Shown here: in pieces, positions 50,675 through 64,000 of the stretch
Position numbering within the stretch: position 1 is the first letter of the stretch
Layout of the letters: each line of letters begins with the position of its first letter
Assembly (NCBI RefSeq): GCF_009834535.1
Contig: NC_045697.1
Location: forward strand, 18,788,001 to 18,852,000
From: Camelus ferus
Lineage: Eukaryota
Reading direction: 5' to 3'
Length of the DNA stretch: 64,000 nt
Program-made: the position numbers and the translations under genes
Notes under the pieces: generated by a model
Databases searched by the model: none
What the model saw: the letters and a program-made list of their open reading frames with translations, nothing else
Told to the model about the DNA's origin: nothing

Positions 50675-51100
50675 CCTTGCCTGCTGCTTTCCACCAAGTG
50701 CCGGTGAGCCCGCGAACGGCTCCCTCTCGGCTCGCTCCTCTAATGACCGGCCAGAGAGGCTCCCAAATGCAACCTGCCGTGGAGGGGCAGCGGGTGCAGG
50801 GGGTGATGTCCAGGTGTGGGCTTCTGCAGCCATTCTCCAAGGCGACGTGAGTTCAGCACGCTCAGTCCAGCTGGGCAAGCATCTGCACTCCTGTCTTGGA
50901 AAGGGCAGCTCATGCGAGCCAAGCCCGCTCCCACCTTCCAGGCCCACCCCTTTCCATTCCCAGGCCAGCCGGAGGGCCCTGAGCACATGCGGCCTGACTG
51001 CAAGTTAACCCTTCCCGGAGCGTCGCTGCTTTGCCACACACATGCACACGTGCGTGGATACACACACGCATGGACGCAGACACACGTGCTTCCCCAGTAC
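50675..51100 (-). promoter_or_regulatory. CCKAR: CCKAR 5'UTR and proximal promoter
   Basis: GC- and CpG-enriched, repeat-free sequence upstream of the ATG. Contains E-boxes (CAGCTG 50868, CATCTG 50880, CACGTG 51047 and 51083) and CCCACCC GT-box motifs. The TSS cannot be determined from sequence. Confidence 0.65.
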
Positions 51101-51449
51101 CTCTCTTCTCTGTCTGGGGACCTGTCACCATCCTAGACGTTTGCAGAAGAAAGCCCCAACTGTGAGACAGAAACAATGAACACAGTAACAGATACCACAA
51201 TGCAGACCATCAGGACTAAAGGACACGGAGGGACTGCATTTCTGCCTCCTTATATAAAAGCAATTAGTGCCTTTTTAGCTTTGGAAGCGTGCCCAGCAGT
51301 GTGTGTGGATATCAGTGTCAGCTGGTTGTTAAGTTGTTACCAACCACAGGGTTATTTCTTGTGGTCTCTGCCCTTGTTAACTGAAAGGAGGCGGGCACTT
51401 TTAAATACAGGTTCCTGGATCGTTATTACAAAAACACTTCGTAAGAATT

Positions 51450-51920
51450 TCCGTTCATTTGTTTATTCATTCGTCCATTCATTCAGCCCACGTTCACTGA
51501 GAGTCAACCATTTGCCAGGTACTTCTCTAAACATATAAGCAAGCAGCGAACAAGGTCATTTTGGATGTATAAAGCACCACAAAGGAAGTCAAGCAGGAAA
51601 GTGTAAGGGAGAGGAGCAGATCTGGGTACTAATTTAGACAGAGTGGTCAGGCAAGGACTCCCAGAGGATGGGACCATGAACTGAGACCCAGATGACAGGG
51701 AGAAGGAAGGCTTGTGAAGATCTGGGGAAAGATTCTTCGAAGCAGGAGGAGCAGACTTTTTGGCAGAGGGTCACAGCAAGAGCAAAGGCCCTGAGGTGGG
51801 AATGCGTTTGGCCTTTTTGAGGAACAGTTAGAAGTAGGAGTGAATGAGGGGCAAGGGGTGGGAGGTGAGGTTAGAGAGAGGAGCCGGCCTGGGGCTCTGG
51901 ATTTTCTGTGAGGCTTTGCG
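51450..51920 (-). mobile_element. L2 fragment
   Basis: ttcatttgtttattcattc...ttgccaggtac...gcaaaggccctgaggtgggaatg. Confidence 0.6.
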
Positions 51921-54900
51921 GTGCTTGAAATCTCCTCCAGCTCCACTGTACACGTGGGCTCCTCAGTTGAGACCTTTGGGAAAGCAGGTGACAGCGGCGG
52001 GCCCAGTGTTTCTCCCACGCTGCCTGGCCCAGCTGAGACCTGCTCTAGACACCTCTGGGGCCCCTTGTGTGTTGATAACTCAGTCGACAGAGCTCTGTGT
52101 TATGCCTCTGCTGAATCCCTGTTGGACCCAGATGAACTAATGGGCATTTTTACCATCCAGGCTGAGGAAGCCATGAACAGCTCCTGTCGGAGGCCCTTAG
52201 TCATTGAAACTAGGAATGGCAGGAATGTTGGAGAAGCTCTCAGTAATTATTAAGAGGACAGGCTTTGGCATCAGACCAACCTGGGATCAAATCTTGGTTC
52301 CACTGGTTACCTGCTGGGAAATCCTGGGCAAGCTTCTTAACCTAAGACTCATTTCCTTCTTCCGTCAAATGAGGACCAGATAACCTCATAGCTATTTGTT
52401 ATGAATGACTGATGGCCCCAAGACAATGCTGGACACACAACAAGTATTCAATAAATCACAGATGGTAATAATAATTACTGTTCCTTTCCCTTTACACTCA
52501 AGGAAATTGACCCAGAGTGGCCACGTGATTTGTCAGTGAGAACCAGCGGTGACACCCTCGTGGACCGGCACCACGTCCTCCTCCCCTCCCTCTGGCGTAG
52601 CGCTTGCTTCGTTAGTCTAGTGTCCTGGAGCGTGTCTGGAGCCAGAACCCCTGTCTCTGCCTCTCCTTTCTGCCACAGTTCCTGTTGGCTGAGTCTTCCC
52701 AGTCTGCAGATTGATACAGACCCTGCCCACCAGGAGGGGACCCCGTGCAGTACTGCCCTGATTTGGGGAGAAATGGACATTCAGGGTTTGAGCCTTGAGC
52801 ATGGCTAAATTCCACTACACTGCTGTGCCTCGCAGCTGGCTGCTTCAGCTGCTTTAACTGGGCTGACATCTCCATCCTTAGAGGGTGCTTCCTGCTGAGG
52901 GTCCTCTGGTCCATGGGCTGCTGCTTCAGCCACTGCAGGGAGAACGCTGCTGTGGGTCCAAGAGCAGAAGAGCAGAGGGCTCCGTATCAGCCTGCCCTGA
53001 ATTGAAATGGAGCCAAATTTGAAGCAGGTCCCTCCCTCCCTCCTTCCTTCACTCTTTTTGCCCTTCTCCCTCCCTGTCTATCCGTCTGGTCATCTGTTAG
53101 CAGGAGGCAAGGGTGGATGGGTACTAGAGATTTCATAAACTCACAAGGGGCAAGCGTGGCACATCTGAGTGCTGTGCTTTACAAACTTTAGCGCAAATCT
53201 GATCACCCGGGTGAATGGGTTGAAAAATGGGGATTCCAAGGCTCCCCTCCCAGGGATTCTGATCCTTCAGCCCCAGGCCTGGACTCTGCATTTTCATCCA
53301 GCATCGCCGGTGATTCAGAGGCCAGTGATCTCAGGATTGCCTCTCAGGAAGCTCCCTGGAAGCCGTTGAGAGCATGAGTGCAGGCGTCAGACAGCAGAGA
53401 CCTAAGCCCGGTCTTCCCACCAGCTGCAGAACGTGAACAGATGACCTTTCTGAGTCTCAGCTTGCTCATCTGTAAAACATAATGTCACACTACCTAGAAA
53501 CAGAGTAACGCACAGAAAGCACCTCAAACAATACCTGGAACATAGGGCTGGGCTCTAATTATTATTATTAGAGGATAAGATTAATCCTACAGATGCTCTG
53601 TTGACCCGCATTATCAAGGCTGGGTTAAGGGTTCATATCTCCAGCATCCCAGTGCCGTGCCTGGCACACAGTATGTGCTCAGGAAATGGAAATGAGTAAT
53701 GAGTGAAAAGTCAGGAGAGCCAAGGTAGCATGGCTTAGTCTATCCCTTTACGTCTCTGTTGTATTGGTTCTTTTCCTAGTCAACTCTGGGTTTTTCACTC
53801 TTGGGTTTCCAAGCTGTAGAGTTAAATTTAACAAGAAAGAACTCCAATCAGAGACATTAGGGCTTTTAGGGAAGAGCTGATGCATTTCTCAGGGGGTTAG
53901 CCCTGATTTAATTCCTCAGCACACATGTATTGAAAGCCGCCTGAGTGCCAGGCACTGTGTCAGGTGTTGGGGATAAGCCCTAAGGCAAATAGATGGAATC
54001 CCACCCTCAGGAAATTCTCAGGTCATAAACAGATGGGGCAAAACAGAAGCAGCCTTCTCGCCACGGAGCCCTATCCTCTGATGGGGCGCAGAACCAGAAC
54101 TGGTAAAAAAGATGCTAAATTGAATTGAAATGGTTTAAGTGCCTCCCTTTCCTTCGGGACACACAGTTTGGGTGCCTCCTGCGGTCCACAAACCCTTTGG
54201 GTGCTGGGAACTCCCTTCTGGCAAACGCTGCCCTAGGAAGATGGAACATGAGCAATCTCAGTGGGCTCCTGGAGAAAGACACTGGTAGCTGCTCCCCCAA
54301 ACCATTCTCCATCTTGAGAAACAGTTGTTCTAAAACACTGAAAAGATGTATATTTTTCCCTCATGATAACATTAATCACATGCTCACTGCAATTTTTTAA
54401 ATAAAGAAAAATATAAATGAGTATAAATATTGCACAGATATATTTCAGGTCCCCATGTGATTTATCCTCAGAGAAACTCAGTTCAGAAGCCAGAGGTAGT
54501 TAACCGGTAATTGTGTGTTGCAGGAGATTCAGTCCCTAGGGCAGTCTGACATTTCTTAAAATCCTCTTGCCCCTTGTCTACAATTTGCTCCCGCTCTGCT
54601 GCTCCGAATGTCACTCTTTAAATTCCTTATTCCTCATTCTCTTCCCAAACTCACCCAGACTGCTGCCTGCTAGGATCTTCCTCTTTTCCTTCTTCTAACC
54701 GTCTCAGATTTCTGGAAAGGCCTGACTGGGACTCCCTTCCCTCCTCGCCTTGCACTGGCCATGCTGGGTTCCCCAGGAGCATGGACACCGAAGTGCTGGT
54801 GCAGCCCTGCTGCCCTCAGAGGTCTGTGTGCCACCACCCCCCAGAGCTCTTCTCCCACTGGCTGTCCTCCTTGAGAAATCCTGGTGGATCCTTTCTGATG

Positions 54901-57900
54901 AATTAAAAAAAAACCCTCCTTGCTGCAGAGGAAGGCGAGCACCATGCCTGTCTGTCTGGCCAGGATGTCACTTAGCGAGTCATGGCTGAGCTTGGGCAAA
55001 TAGCTTTTCCTCTCTGTCTCCATTTCCTCACCTGTAAAATGGGTTAATAGAGGTAACGTCTACCTCAGGAGGCTGCTGGGACATTACTTGTCATGGTGCA
55101 TGTAAAGCACCCAGCAGAGTGTTTGGCATGTCTTGGGCTCAGTAAATAATAATAATGATGATGATGATAATAATAAGCCATGTTTCATGTTGATTGGAAC
55201 ATCAAAATCATACTTAATGCAACTTCTTCAAGATAACATTTGTTAGTGATTTCATGGACATCCATCCAGCCTTCACCTCTAAACACAGTTTTTAAAAAGC
55301 AAATTTGGAAAATCTAGTGCATCTGATGTGTGGAGACATTGAATTAGGAAATGAAGATATAATTTAAACTCTTAATACTACTGTTTGCTTCTCTGAAAAG
55401 TGAGAATAAAAATACTTGCAATATGTAGCAAAAAAATTTTTAATAATAAAAAGCAAGTTTGGAATCATACTCTATATGGTGTTCATTCTACCTATCACTT
55501 TTTGCAAATGTGTTTTTAAGACAGTATTTTCCCTCAAACTGGAAAATAGGGTTTTTGTAGTGTTCTGGAAAATGTATTTTTTTAAATTTAGATTAAAAAG
55601 TTTAAAAAAAAATCCACAATCTCATCATCCAGAGAATGTAACAAGTGTTTTACATCCATCTGTCCATACTATTTTGTAGATTCATTATTTTCCCTTAGCA
55701 TTATTGTATCATCATGTATTTCTCCATAGTATTATTTTTAGAGATTTCTATCATTTCATTAAGAATATGTACTCCAAAAAAAAAAAAGAATAAGCACTCC
55801 AGTTTATTTAATGATTTCCACACAATTGGATATTTAGTTATTATTTGTAGCCTTCAGCTTTTATAAGTGACCCTGTAGTGACACTTGTGCACATATATTT
55901 TTGAGGCATTTGATGTACATCGGCACCCTCAGGGGTGCGTAACGGCCTAGAATTAATATTGTATATTGCCAGCTTCCTTTGCAGCTAAATGTGGCTCTAT
56001 GACGAAATCTGGCCAATGGGAAGTAGGCAGAAATGAATACACAGCTCCTGAAAAGTCTCTTTATAAAGAAGGCATGTACCCTTTCTTTCATTTTCACCCT
56101 TCCTCTGGTGAGAATGAAGACGTGAGCACTAGAGCTGGAGCAGCCATCTTGTACCACGAGGTGGGGGTGAAGTGTTGAGTATAACAGAAACCTGGATTCT
56201 TCATGGTCTTAGAATTTATATGCTAGCCAGCCCTGGACTCCTTACTGCTTACTTCCAGACTTCATTTATGTGAGAAAGAAGAATAAATTAATTTTTTTAA
56301 GCCGATGTTATTTAGGGTTTTCTGCCAATTGCAACCTAATCCTGATTAAAACACTGTGAATTAGAGTCTGCATATTTCATTTTATCTTTTCTCACGCTTC
56401 TCAACTGCAGTCAGGATACATCGTGGTAGGGTTCACTTCACCAACTTTGCTCTTAGTCCCCAGCCACCCCTTCCCACCTAACCAAAGTCTTCCACTCTTC
56501 AAGGCCCTCTCCAAGCAGCTTTCCAGTTTGCAGACTTGTGGCTTTTATTCTCTTATTCTTATTCTCTTAGTTGTTCTCTTATTCTTATTCTCTTAATTGC
56601 CACTGTCCTTCCCCTTACTGAGACTTAACCAAACTGCTTCATTATTTCTCAGATTGAAGATAAGTTTCTTTCCAATTACCTCACATCTCTCCATCTCCAC
56701 TGCTGTACCCCCGTGCACATTACCCTTAACTGAGGTCCTGACTTTCCCTTGACCTTTCCCTTTCCTTCTCCATGCAGTAACCTGAGTGGTGTTTGAAGAA
56801 CACAGACCAGAATGTCGTTGTCTACCTCCAACTCTCCAGCCCAATTCAGAATGGATGGTCTCTGCCTCCCTTCATGGCTTTATCTTACAGTCTTCCCCCC
56901 GCCCCACTCCCCTGCTCTGCAGGTGCCCTGCGTGCTTTCTTCCCCCTCCTGGGCCACATTCCGGATCCACTCTCTTTCCCAGAGTCTTGGCACACACGGT
57001 TCTCCTGCCCCAGCTGCTCTGTCTCACCCTCCTTCACCCCCACTCCCTGATGTCACCTTCTCAGGGAACTCTCCCCAGGACCCAGACTGAACCAGTTTCT
57101 CTGTTGGATGTTCATACAGGTCTCCTCTCTTTCATTTACTGTGCATGGTACACAGCACACACTATGGCCTGTATATTACATTGGTGAGGTTGTGGGATCA
57201 CCATGTCTCTCCACCGCCCTGAAGCTCCGTGAAGACAAGGGCCATGTCCATTTTGCTCATCACTGTAGTAACTCCTCCACTGAAGTGTCCAGCATTATTC
57301 CTTGTGAAACCTCCAGGAAGTAATAATTATCTATTATTATAATTTATTTTGGTAGATGAGGATAAGATACAAAGAGACTGGAAATGCAGCATCAGTTTCA
57401 GACCCAAGTAGGACTGGTGCCAACATCTGCACTCGTTTTATTACAGGACAGTACAAATACCATCAGAACAATTCTCAGAGTCTGATGAGAACAGAGACCA
57501 ACAACTGACTTACTGCCACCCCGTCTGGTCCTCAGCACAGATGTGGAAGGGGCTTAAGACCCAAGGGTGTGAATTTCCAGATGGAATTTCACAGTCTATG
57601 ATGGACACTGGGGGAGACACATGGGGGCAGAGGATCCCATAACTTGAGAGTCAGCAGGAGGGCAAAATACAAGTAGCTTAGAATTTTCCCACTCTTCCGT
57701 GGGGTCTCCAGGGACCACTCAGAGCAGGACATCGGTGGGCAACTGCTAGGAGAGGAACACGCCAGGACCCCAGCATGTGTCCTTTCTGTGCCAGCTCTAT
57801 GACCTGGTTTCAGTTGGGCTCCACCCTTGACCTTCATGGTTCTAAATTTCAGATCCTCATTCGTAAAGTGTCGATTATGAGAAGAACCCCTCAGGCTCAT

Positions 57901-58548
57901 GTGAGGATGCCATGGGATGGGGTATGTGTGCGAAAGTTCTGTTTGACACTAGAGAGTTGTGTGATAAAAGCACCATTTATTGAGCATGAACACTCCCTCA
58001 CTGAGCATGAGGTGCTTTTCCTCACACAACCTCGTGAGGTGGCTTCGATTATCCCATTTTACCTATGAGGGAGTCAGAGTCCCAGGAATTAGACCCGCTG
58101 CCCCACCGCAGAGTGCCCTCCAATTAGGTGTGGGAGTCCTCAAAGCAGGTCTCTAGGGCACCTCCATGCTGTTCTCTTAACTACTGTTCCCTCATGACAT
58201 CTGTCACTTTGCCTCCCACCCTGGATCCCGCTGTGGACATACACTACCCTTGCAAGCACTGGAATCCCACAGGAGAACGCCACAGGCCGTGGAAAGGATG
58301 CTGTCCCCATCCATCTCCGCCGTGGCCAGTCCTTGGGCAGAGATGGGAACCGAGCACCCGAATGGCTCTATTTGGGCAAGAACCTCAGAAAGCCTCCTGT
58401 GAAAACTGTTCCATCAGCTTCAGTCCTCAAATCCCATGCAAAGGTCACGCTGGCCCCCTCCACCCCATCTCCCACTCTCCTGCTGCACTCCCCCACCCGA
58501 ACGCCTTCCTCCTCCCTAAGTTAAAAGACCAAAGCCCTGGGACAGGCA

Positions 58549-58759
58549 GATAGAAACTACTAAATACAGAATAGATAAACAACAGGATCCTACTGTAGAG
58601 CACAGGGAACTGTATTCAGTGGCTTGTAGTAACCTATAATGAGAAGGAATATATATGTATAAGTGAATCGCTGTGCTGTACCCTGGAAATTAACACAGCA
58701 TTATAAACTGACTATAGTTTAATTTAAAAAGAAAAGAAAGAAAAAGGGAAAAAAAAAAA
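58549..58759 (+). mobile_element. 5'-truncated L1 3' end (artiodactyl type) with A-tail
   Basis: atagataaacaacaggatcctactgtagagcacagggaactgtattcag...gctgtgctgtaccctggaaattaacacagcattataaactgactata, followed by an A-rich tail. Confidence 0.8.
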
Positions 58760-60109
58760 TCCAGAGTTCCCGGGGATGTCAGTGGATGCAAAAAGCCGGA
58801 TGTGATGGGAGGTCTGTGTCCCAACCCTGCCGGCCAGATGTCTTACTCCATTGTGATTACCGTTGTTCAGTGATGTGTTCCAGTTATGCCAGGAAGAGGC
58901 TGCCACACCCTGGGAGGTCACTAAAAACCTGGGGTTCACATGCCTCAGAGATGTGGGGAGCCAGCAACACTGCTCTTACCGGAAGCTTTTAGAGAGCTGT
59001 GGCTGCTGGCATCTGGTCCACCCACGTGTCCACTTGCTATTTTGGGATTCTAACAGCTACCGAATCCATTAACTGGACTAAACGTGAAAGCAGTTGGAAG
59101 CACGAGTGCCTTGAAATGTTTAAGCACCATAATGCTGATCTGGCCTAATTACCACTGAAAGTAGGGTCAGAACAGAACTCTTGATCTCAGCCCCCCTCAC
59201 GGCCTAATACATTAAAGGAGAAGTGTCAGATTTAAGGATTTAAAAATCTGATTTCTATGCCTGTCAATAATGCAAGCTTAGATTTGAAACTCAGTTATCT
59301 TAGAAAGGTACTAACAGGTCACAGAGTAATTACAGCACCTGAGCAGCCAGTCTGCGGTGGTGTAATTCGCCTTCCTCCTGTCTCCTCAGGGGCGACGAGC
59401 TCCTTGCAGGCAGGACCCTGTTGGCCACATTTGCCGCAATTACATCTCCAGCTGTTCCTACGATGTCTAGCGCATTGTAAGCATTCACTAAATGTTTCTT
59501 GGGTAAATGCATGAGCAGATGGGAGGATTGATGTCATCTAATGTCATTTTATCATTCTTCTAGACAGAGGAAAACTTAGGAGTCTGAAATTGTGGGATTT
59601 TCCACACTGCATAGAATTATCTTACTTGTTTTAATTGTGATAGAACTGTTTTCAGAAGTCAAGTCTCTTGAGCGAAGGGCTCTTTCCAAGCCATTAATAA
59701 TATAGCAGCAACAATGAAAGTAATAATAATGGCTAGTATTTATTGACTTCTGTTTCAAGAACTTGATACACATTGACTCATGTAGTACTCACATTAGCCC
59801 CTGAGGGAGGGAGGAACTACTATGATCCCCATTTCCCAGAGAGGCTGAGTAACTTTCCCCAAAACCACAGCCAGAAAGGAACATGTTCCACTAGATTTGT
59901 TTCTGATCTTCTTTGGGTTATAAATCCTCCTTTTGAATCCGATATTATGAGTTTCCGCCTAAGGAAAAGCTCACATGCCTCAAAACATGCACAGCTGTGC
60001 ACAGTTTCAGGACGTTTATGGACTTGACAAAATCTAACCATAAACCACAGGTTGACAACCAATGTGACAATATCCTTAGGGTTTGGAATCAGACATGCCT
60101 GGTTTCTGT

Positions 60110-61020
60110 CTTTGTTGTTATCATTTTTAAAGTTTTAATTATTAATTAAGAACTAACATTGGAGTACATGTTCATTAGTGAAAATCAAACATTAGGCGTA
60201 ATATCTAAATTCCCTTTGGCCAATTAATTCCAGGACCCTTCCTAGAAGTAACGACGGTCATCATTTTATATCCATTTTCTGTACATTAACTACCTCTCTA
60301 GGTACTCATGGCAATTACTTGGTATGGCTGCATGCTACTGGGGAGTTTACAAAAATGACACTGTGTTATATCTTTTTATCTCCAACTTGCTTTTTTTTCA
60401 CTTAAGAGTCATCTTAGAGGTTTTTCAGCCTAGTTAGATCTGCCGTATCCTTTTAAGCTACTGTGTAGTATTCCATAACGTGGATGCACCACACTATTAC
60501 CATTTACTTACTTTAAAGTCTAAGTGACTTTAGATTGTTTTAAGATTTTTGCTCTTCCAGACAAAGCCACAATGAACACTTTCATACAGATTTTTCAAGT
60601 GTGTGAGCCAGTGTTTGTCTAGAAGGACACCAAAACTCTGGGATTCTGGGTCATAGAATATGTGCATTTTTTAAATATAAAAGAAAAATACCACCAAATT
60701 TCCCTGGAAAAGAGCAATATCAGTTTGCAGCCCTCCAACAATGTACAAGATCCGTATTTAACCACATTCAGTCATGACTTTTACCAATCATTTCAATTTT
60801 CCCTAATCTGATGGGAAAATTTTATTTTGCATTTTTGATTATTAATGATGTTGAGCATCTTTTGGCATTCTATTGATCACTTGTGTTTTTTCTTTCGTGA
60901 GTGACCTGCTCATTTCTTTTGCTCATTTTTCTATGCACTTTCTTTTATGCCATTGACTTATGAGCTCTCTCTTATACTCTGACACTAAGCATATATTAAT
61001 ATGTTTCAAATATTTTCTGT
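60110..61020 (-). mobile_element. Old L1ME-like fragment
   Basis: Antisense L1 3' motifs (gtagtattccata...tttagattgttt...attaatgatgttgagcatcttt). Confidence 0.6.
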
Positions 61021-62019
61021 CCATCTGTCTCTTGTGCTTGTAATATGCACATCTGGATTAAACTCCTGGCTCTAACATTGACTTTCTGAATGACTTGAAT
61101 AAATACTTACCCTCGGAGCGTGAGTCCTCATCTGCGAACTGGAAGTAGCACTTACCTTTAGGGTTGTTGTTACACACGCTTATATGACTATAAAATGCTT
61201 GGCCCAGTGCCTGGCATATAATAAGCGCTCAAAATTTATTATTACTATTATTCATTGACAATCTTTAAAGATTCTTCCATGTATAACTAAAAATAATGCC
61301 TACCTTCAACTTTTACCCCATGGTTATAGATCTGTTTTTTACAGGAAAACAAAAATGAAAACCTGAAAGATCTTTTAGGATGAATGTAGGAAAACATCAC
61401 ACCTGATTTTAGTTTATAAATTCCAGAATAGGTCTATTTTATTTTCACTTCCAGCCGATGTTGTAGAAATCAAATTGTTAGCACAGCAGGGGAAAGCCTG
61501 AATAGAAGTAAAATTGTTTTTATTGAAAAAACTTTTAAAGCAAATTTATAAAAAACATTTTTCATAACAGCTTGGGAAGATGCAGAGACATCCGTCTTCT
61601 TCCTGCTGTCACATTAACCACAACATCATTGCTCTTAAAACCACCCGTTTGTTTCAAGAGACCAAACATTTCCCTCTGAATGGTCTGAATGGTCATAAGA
61701 CTCTCTGAACAACCATGCTCTACAGGTCAGAGACCTGCTCATGAACTTGATTCCCTCTACTAGCCTCTAGAATAGGTAGGACAGGAAGAACTATCTCCTC
61801 TAAACTTTCAAATAAAGAAACAGAGGCTCCGGGTGGCAAGGCCATCTCTGACTTTCCCAGTCTGATTTGGAGTCGCCTTCTTGGCACCTCCATCCCACCA
61901 TGTACACACCTATGAAACCACGTTCAAGTTATGTGTATGAGGTGTGATTTCCTTCAATAGACGAGTTCCTTGTCACCAGAAACTCTATCTTCTGTCTACG
62001 CATCCTTAATATCTACCTA

Positions 62020-62080
62020 GCATGGATGCATGGATGCATGGATGCATGGATGGATGGTGGGTGAATGGATAGATGGATGA
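62020..62080. repeat. (CATGGATG)n grading into (GGAT)n
   Basis: gcatggatgcatggatgcatggatgcatggatggatgg; probably the expanded tail of an L2 3' end. Confidence 0.8.
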
Positions 62081-62159
62081 CTGTCATAGCTGCTGAAAAA
62101 TGATACCCAGGTCTTCATAAGCCATCTAGAGTACTTCTTTTTTAGATGTATTAATACAT

Positions 62160-62770
62160 TTTTTTAAAGTCTAAAGTTATCATATGGTAAAATCGACTTT
62201 TGTGGGTGTATATATAGAGTTCTATGAATTTTAGGGTATGTGTAGATTTTGTGTACTCATTACCATAATCAAGTGACAGAACTATTCAATTATCATTAAA
62301 TCCTCCCTCACTTTCCTTTACAGTCACACTGTCCTCTACCTCAACCCCAGGTAATCACTGGTCTGCTCTCCATCACTATCATTCTGTCTTTTGAGAATGT
62401 CACATAAAGGGAACCATACAGTGTGAACCTTTTAAGACTAGTCTCTGTCATTCAGTATAATGCATTGGAGTCCCATTCAAGTTGTTGTGTGTATCAATAG
62501 TTTGTCCTTTTCATGCTGAGAAGTATGCCTTTGTGTGGCTGAAGCACAGAGAATTTATCCACTCACCTACAGAACACAATTTAGGTTGTTTCCAGTTTAG
62601 GGCAATTAATTAAGTAGAGCTGCTATGAACACTCATGTCCAAGTTTTTATGTGAACCTATGTTTTACTTCCTCTAGAGCAAATTCCCAGGAGTGGTATTG
62701 CTGAGTCTTATGTATATAACTTTTTACGAAATTGCCAAACTGTTTTCCGGAGTGGCTTTGTCGAACATTC
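62160..62770 (-). mobile_element. L1M (L1MB/MD-like) 3' region
   Basis: tctgctctccatcactat...ccattcaagttgttgtgtgtatcaatagttt...ggttgtttccagttt...aaattgccaaactgttttcc. Confidence 0.7.
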
Positions 62771-64000
62771 TCACCTTTGCACTATAAAAACTTTAAAAAA
62801 ACCAAAACAAAACTCCTTTTTCCCCTCTCTTGGGATAGGATCCTTTTCCCAGGCTTCCCTTTTCTGACTTCCCCTCTCTGCGCCCTGCAGAAGGCCAGAA
62901 TGCCTGCAGGTGCCTCCCTGAACTCCGGGGCTCGGGAAGCAGCTATCCATAAGGGGCATTGGAAGATGTACCCCCTCCAAGCCTCTCCCGCTTGGCTTTT
63001 GAATGTCCTCCCTTCCAAGCACCAGATTCCATCTTTCATCCTTGTGAAAAAGCAGATGTTCAGGATTGGGACACAATAGGCTCTTATCAGTCATATTCTC
63101 CTTAGAACAAACCCCATCTGGGTTTTCCTGAGTGTGGACCTTGTCCGGGAAATAGAGAAACCAGGGGAGTTGGGTATCTGGAGGGATGCAGCGCTGTTTG
63201 TCTGTCAGCCCTGTTCATCTGAAGCAGCTTTGCTCACTCACACTGACTCTCAGTAACTGGCCAGGGTGACCCCCGCCCCGCCCCTTCTTTTCCCTATAAT
63301 CTACCAGTTCTCCCCTCTTGTTTCACAGCAATGAACACAGTGCAACTGGTTCCTTTCACCGAACCTTTCATATTGCATGATTAGCACAGAGACCCAGGCT
63401 AGACACTTTTGGATTAGGGGATTATCAGATCCCAAGTGCAGCGGCATCTCACATCATGGCTTCTTCCCTTGGGTCTAATGTATCCCTCGTAACTTGACTC
63501 CAAGATGGTGGTGGGGAGGTGGGGAATACTGATATAATACAGGCTACTAGATCGAAGATGGTCCTGCCCCCTCAAGACTTTGGAAGAGGCACCACGGCCT
63601 CTTAAAATAATCTATGCATAATAATTCAAGCCCCATGCTCTTTATTTTATCTGCGATTTAAACATTACTCTGACAATGAGATATGATGATGTCAGACCTC
63701 ATAGCCACAAATCATGAAGTTATTTGAGTTGCTTCACTCTTGACCAACTTCACAAACACGGGGGATGGAAAGAAGAGGCTCCTTTTTTGCCTTTCTCTCT
63801 TTGTGAAATCTTGACATGCTGCAGATCCACATTCTTCTCCTGGGCCTTTGGCCAGCCTGGCGGTGGTGCAGTCCATCAGTGGAGCACTGGCCTCTGAAGC
63901 TGGGAGGGTCACGTGGGCCCAGGCCTGCTGGTGCTTGCCTGCTGGAGGTGGTGTTTCAGGTAGATCTGCCCCACAGATCCCCTCTGACTATCCTGCCCTG

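Noticed and set aside
50834..50986. Further upstream part of the 165-aa ORF-track call
   Set aside because: It starts at GTG and probably lies upstream of the TSS. Only the ATG at 50833 is a credible alternative start.
24690..53420. Scattered GTGGGAA/TTCCCAC RBPJ-binding motifs (e.g. 24691, 31238, 36849) suggesting autoregulation
   Set aside because: A 7-mer is expected roughly 8 times by chance in 64 kb over both strands. There is no clustering or paired-site geometry, and some lie inside repeats.

Overview
Mammalian intron-containing DNA, very probably from a camelid, because it carries three tRNA-Ala-derived vic-1-type SINEs. Two convergent protein-coding genes are present. RBPJ (+ strand) is represented by its last seven coding exons (1381-11979; 380 aa plus stop in the window) and a ~4 kb 3'UTR ending near 15.9-16.0 kb. 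CCKAR (- strand) is complete: five coding exons, ATG at 50674, TGA at 42726-42728, 432 aa. All splice junctions are GT-AG and the reading phases join correctly. The remainder is intronic or intergenic DNA rich in old repeats (L1M, L2, MIR, MLT1, MER elements, ERV1-type solo LTRs) with a few younger L1 and SINE insertions. I found no wholly new biological system. The most notable observations are: (1) a strong-Kozak upstream ATG in frame with CCKAR and with no intervening stop, giving a possible 53-aa N-terminal extension, probably by loss of a uORF stop; (2) a tailless retrocopy of the 5' half of tRNA-Lys(CTT) ending at the anticodon, with a target-site duplication; (3) a (GGCCAC)3 coding repeat and GC-directed drift in the CCKAR last exon; (4) a near-consensus CTCF motif between the two genes; (5) two related, same-orientation solo LTRs flanking a CpG-rich segment; (6) a perfect 36-bp tandem duplication. 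Repeat family names and comparisons with human or rat sequences come from memory and need database confirmation.
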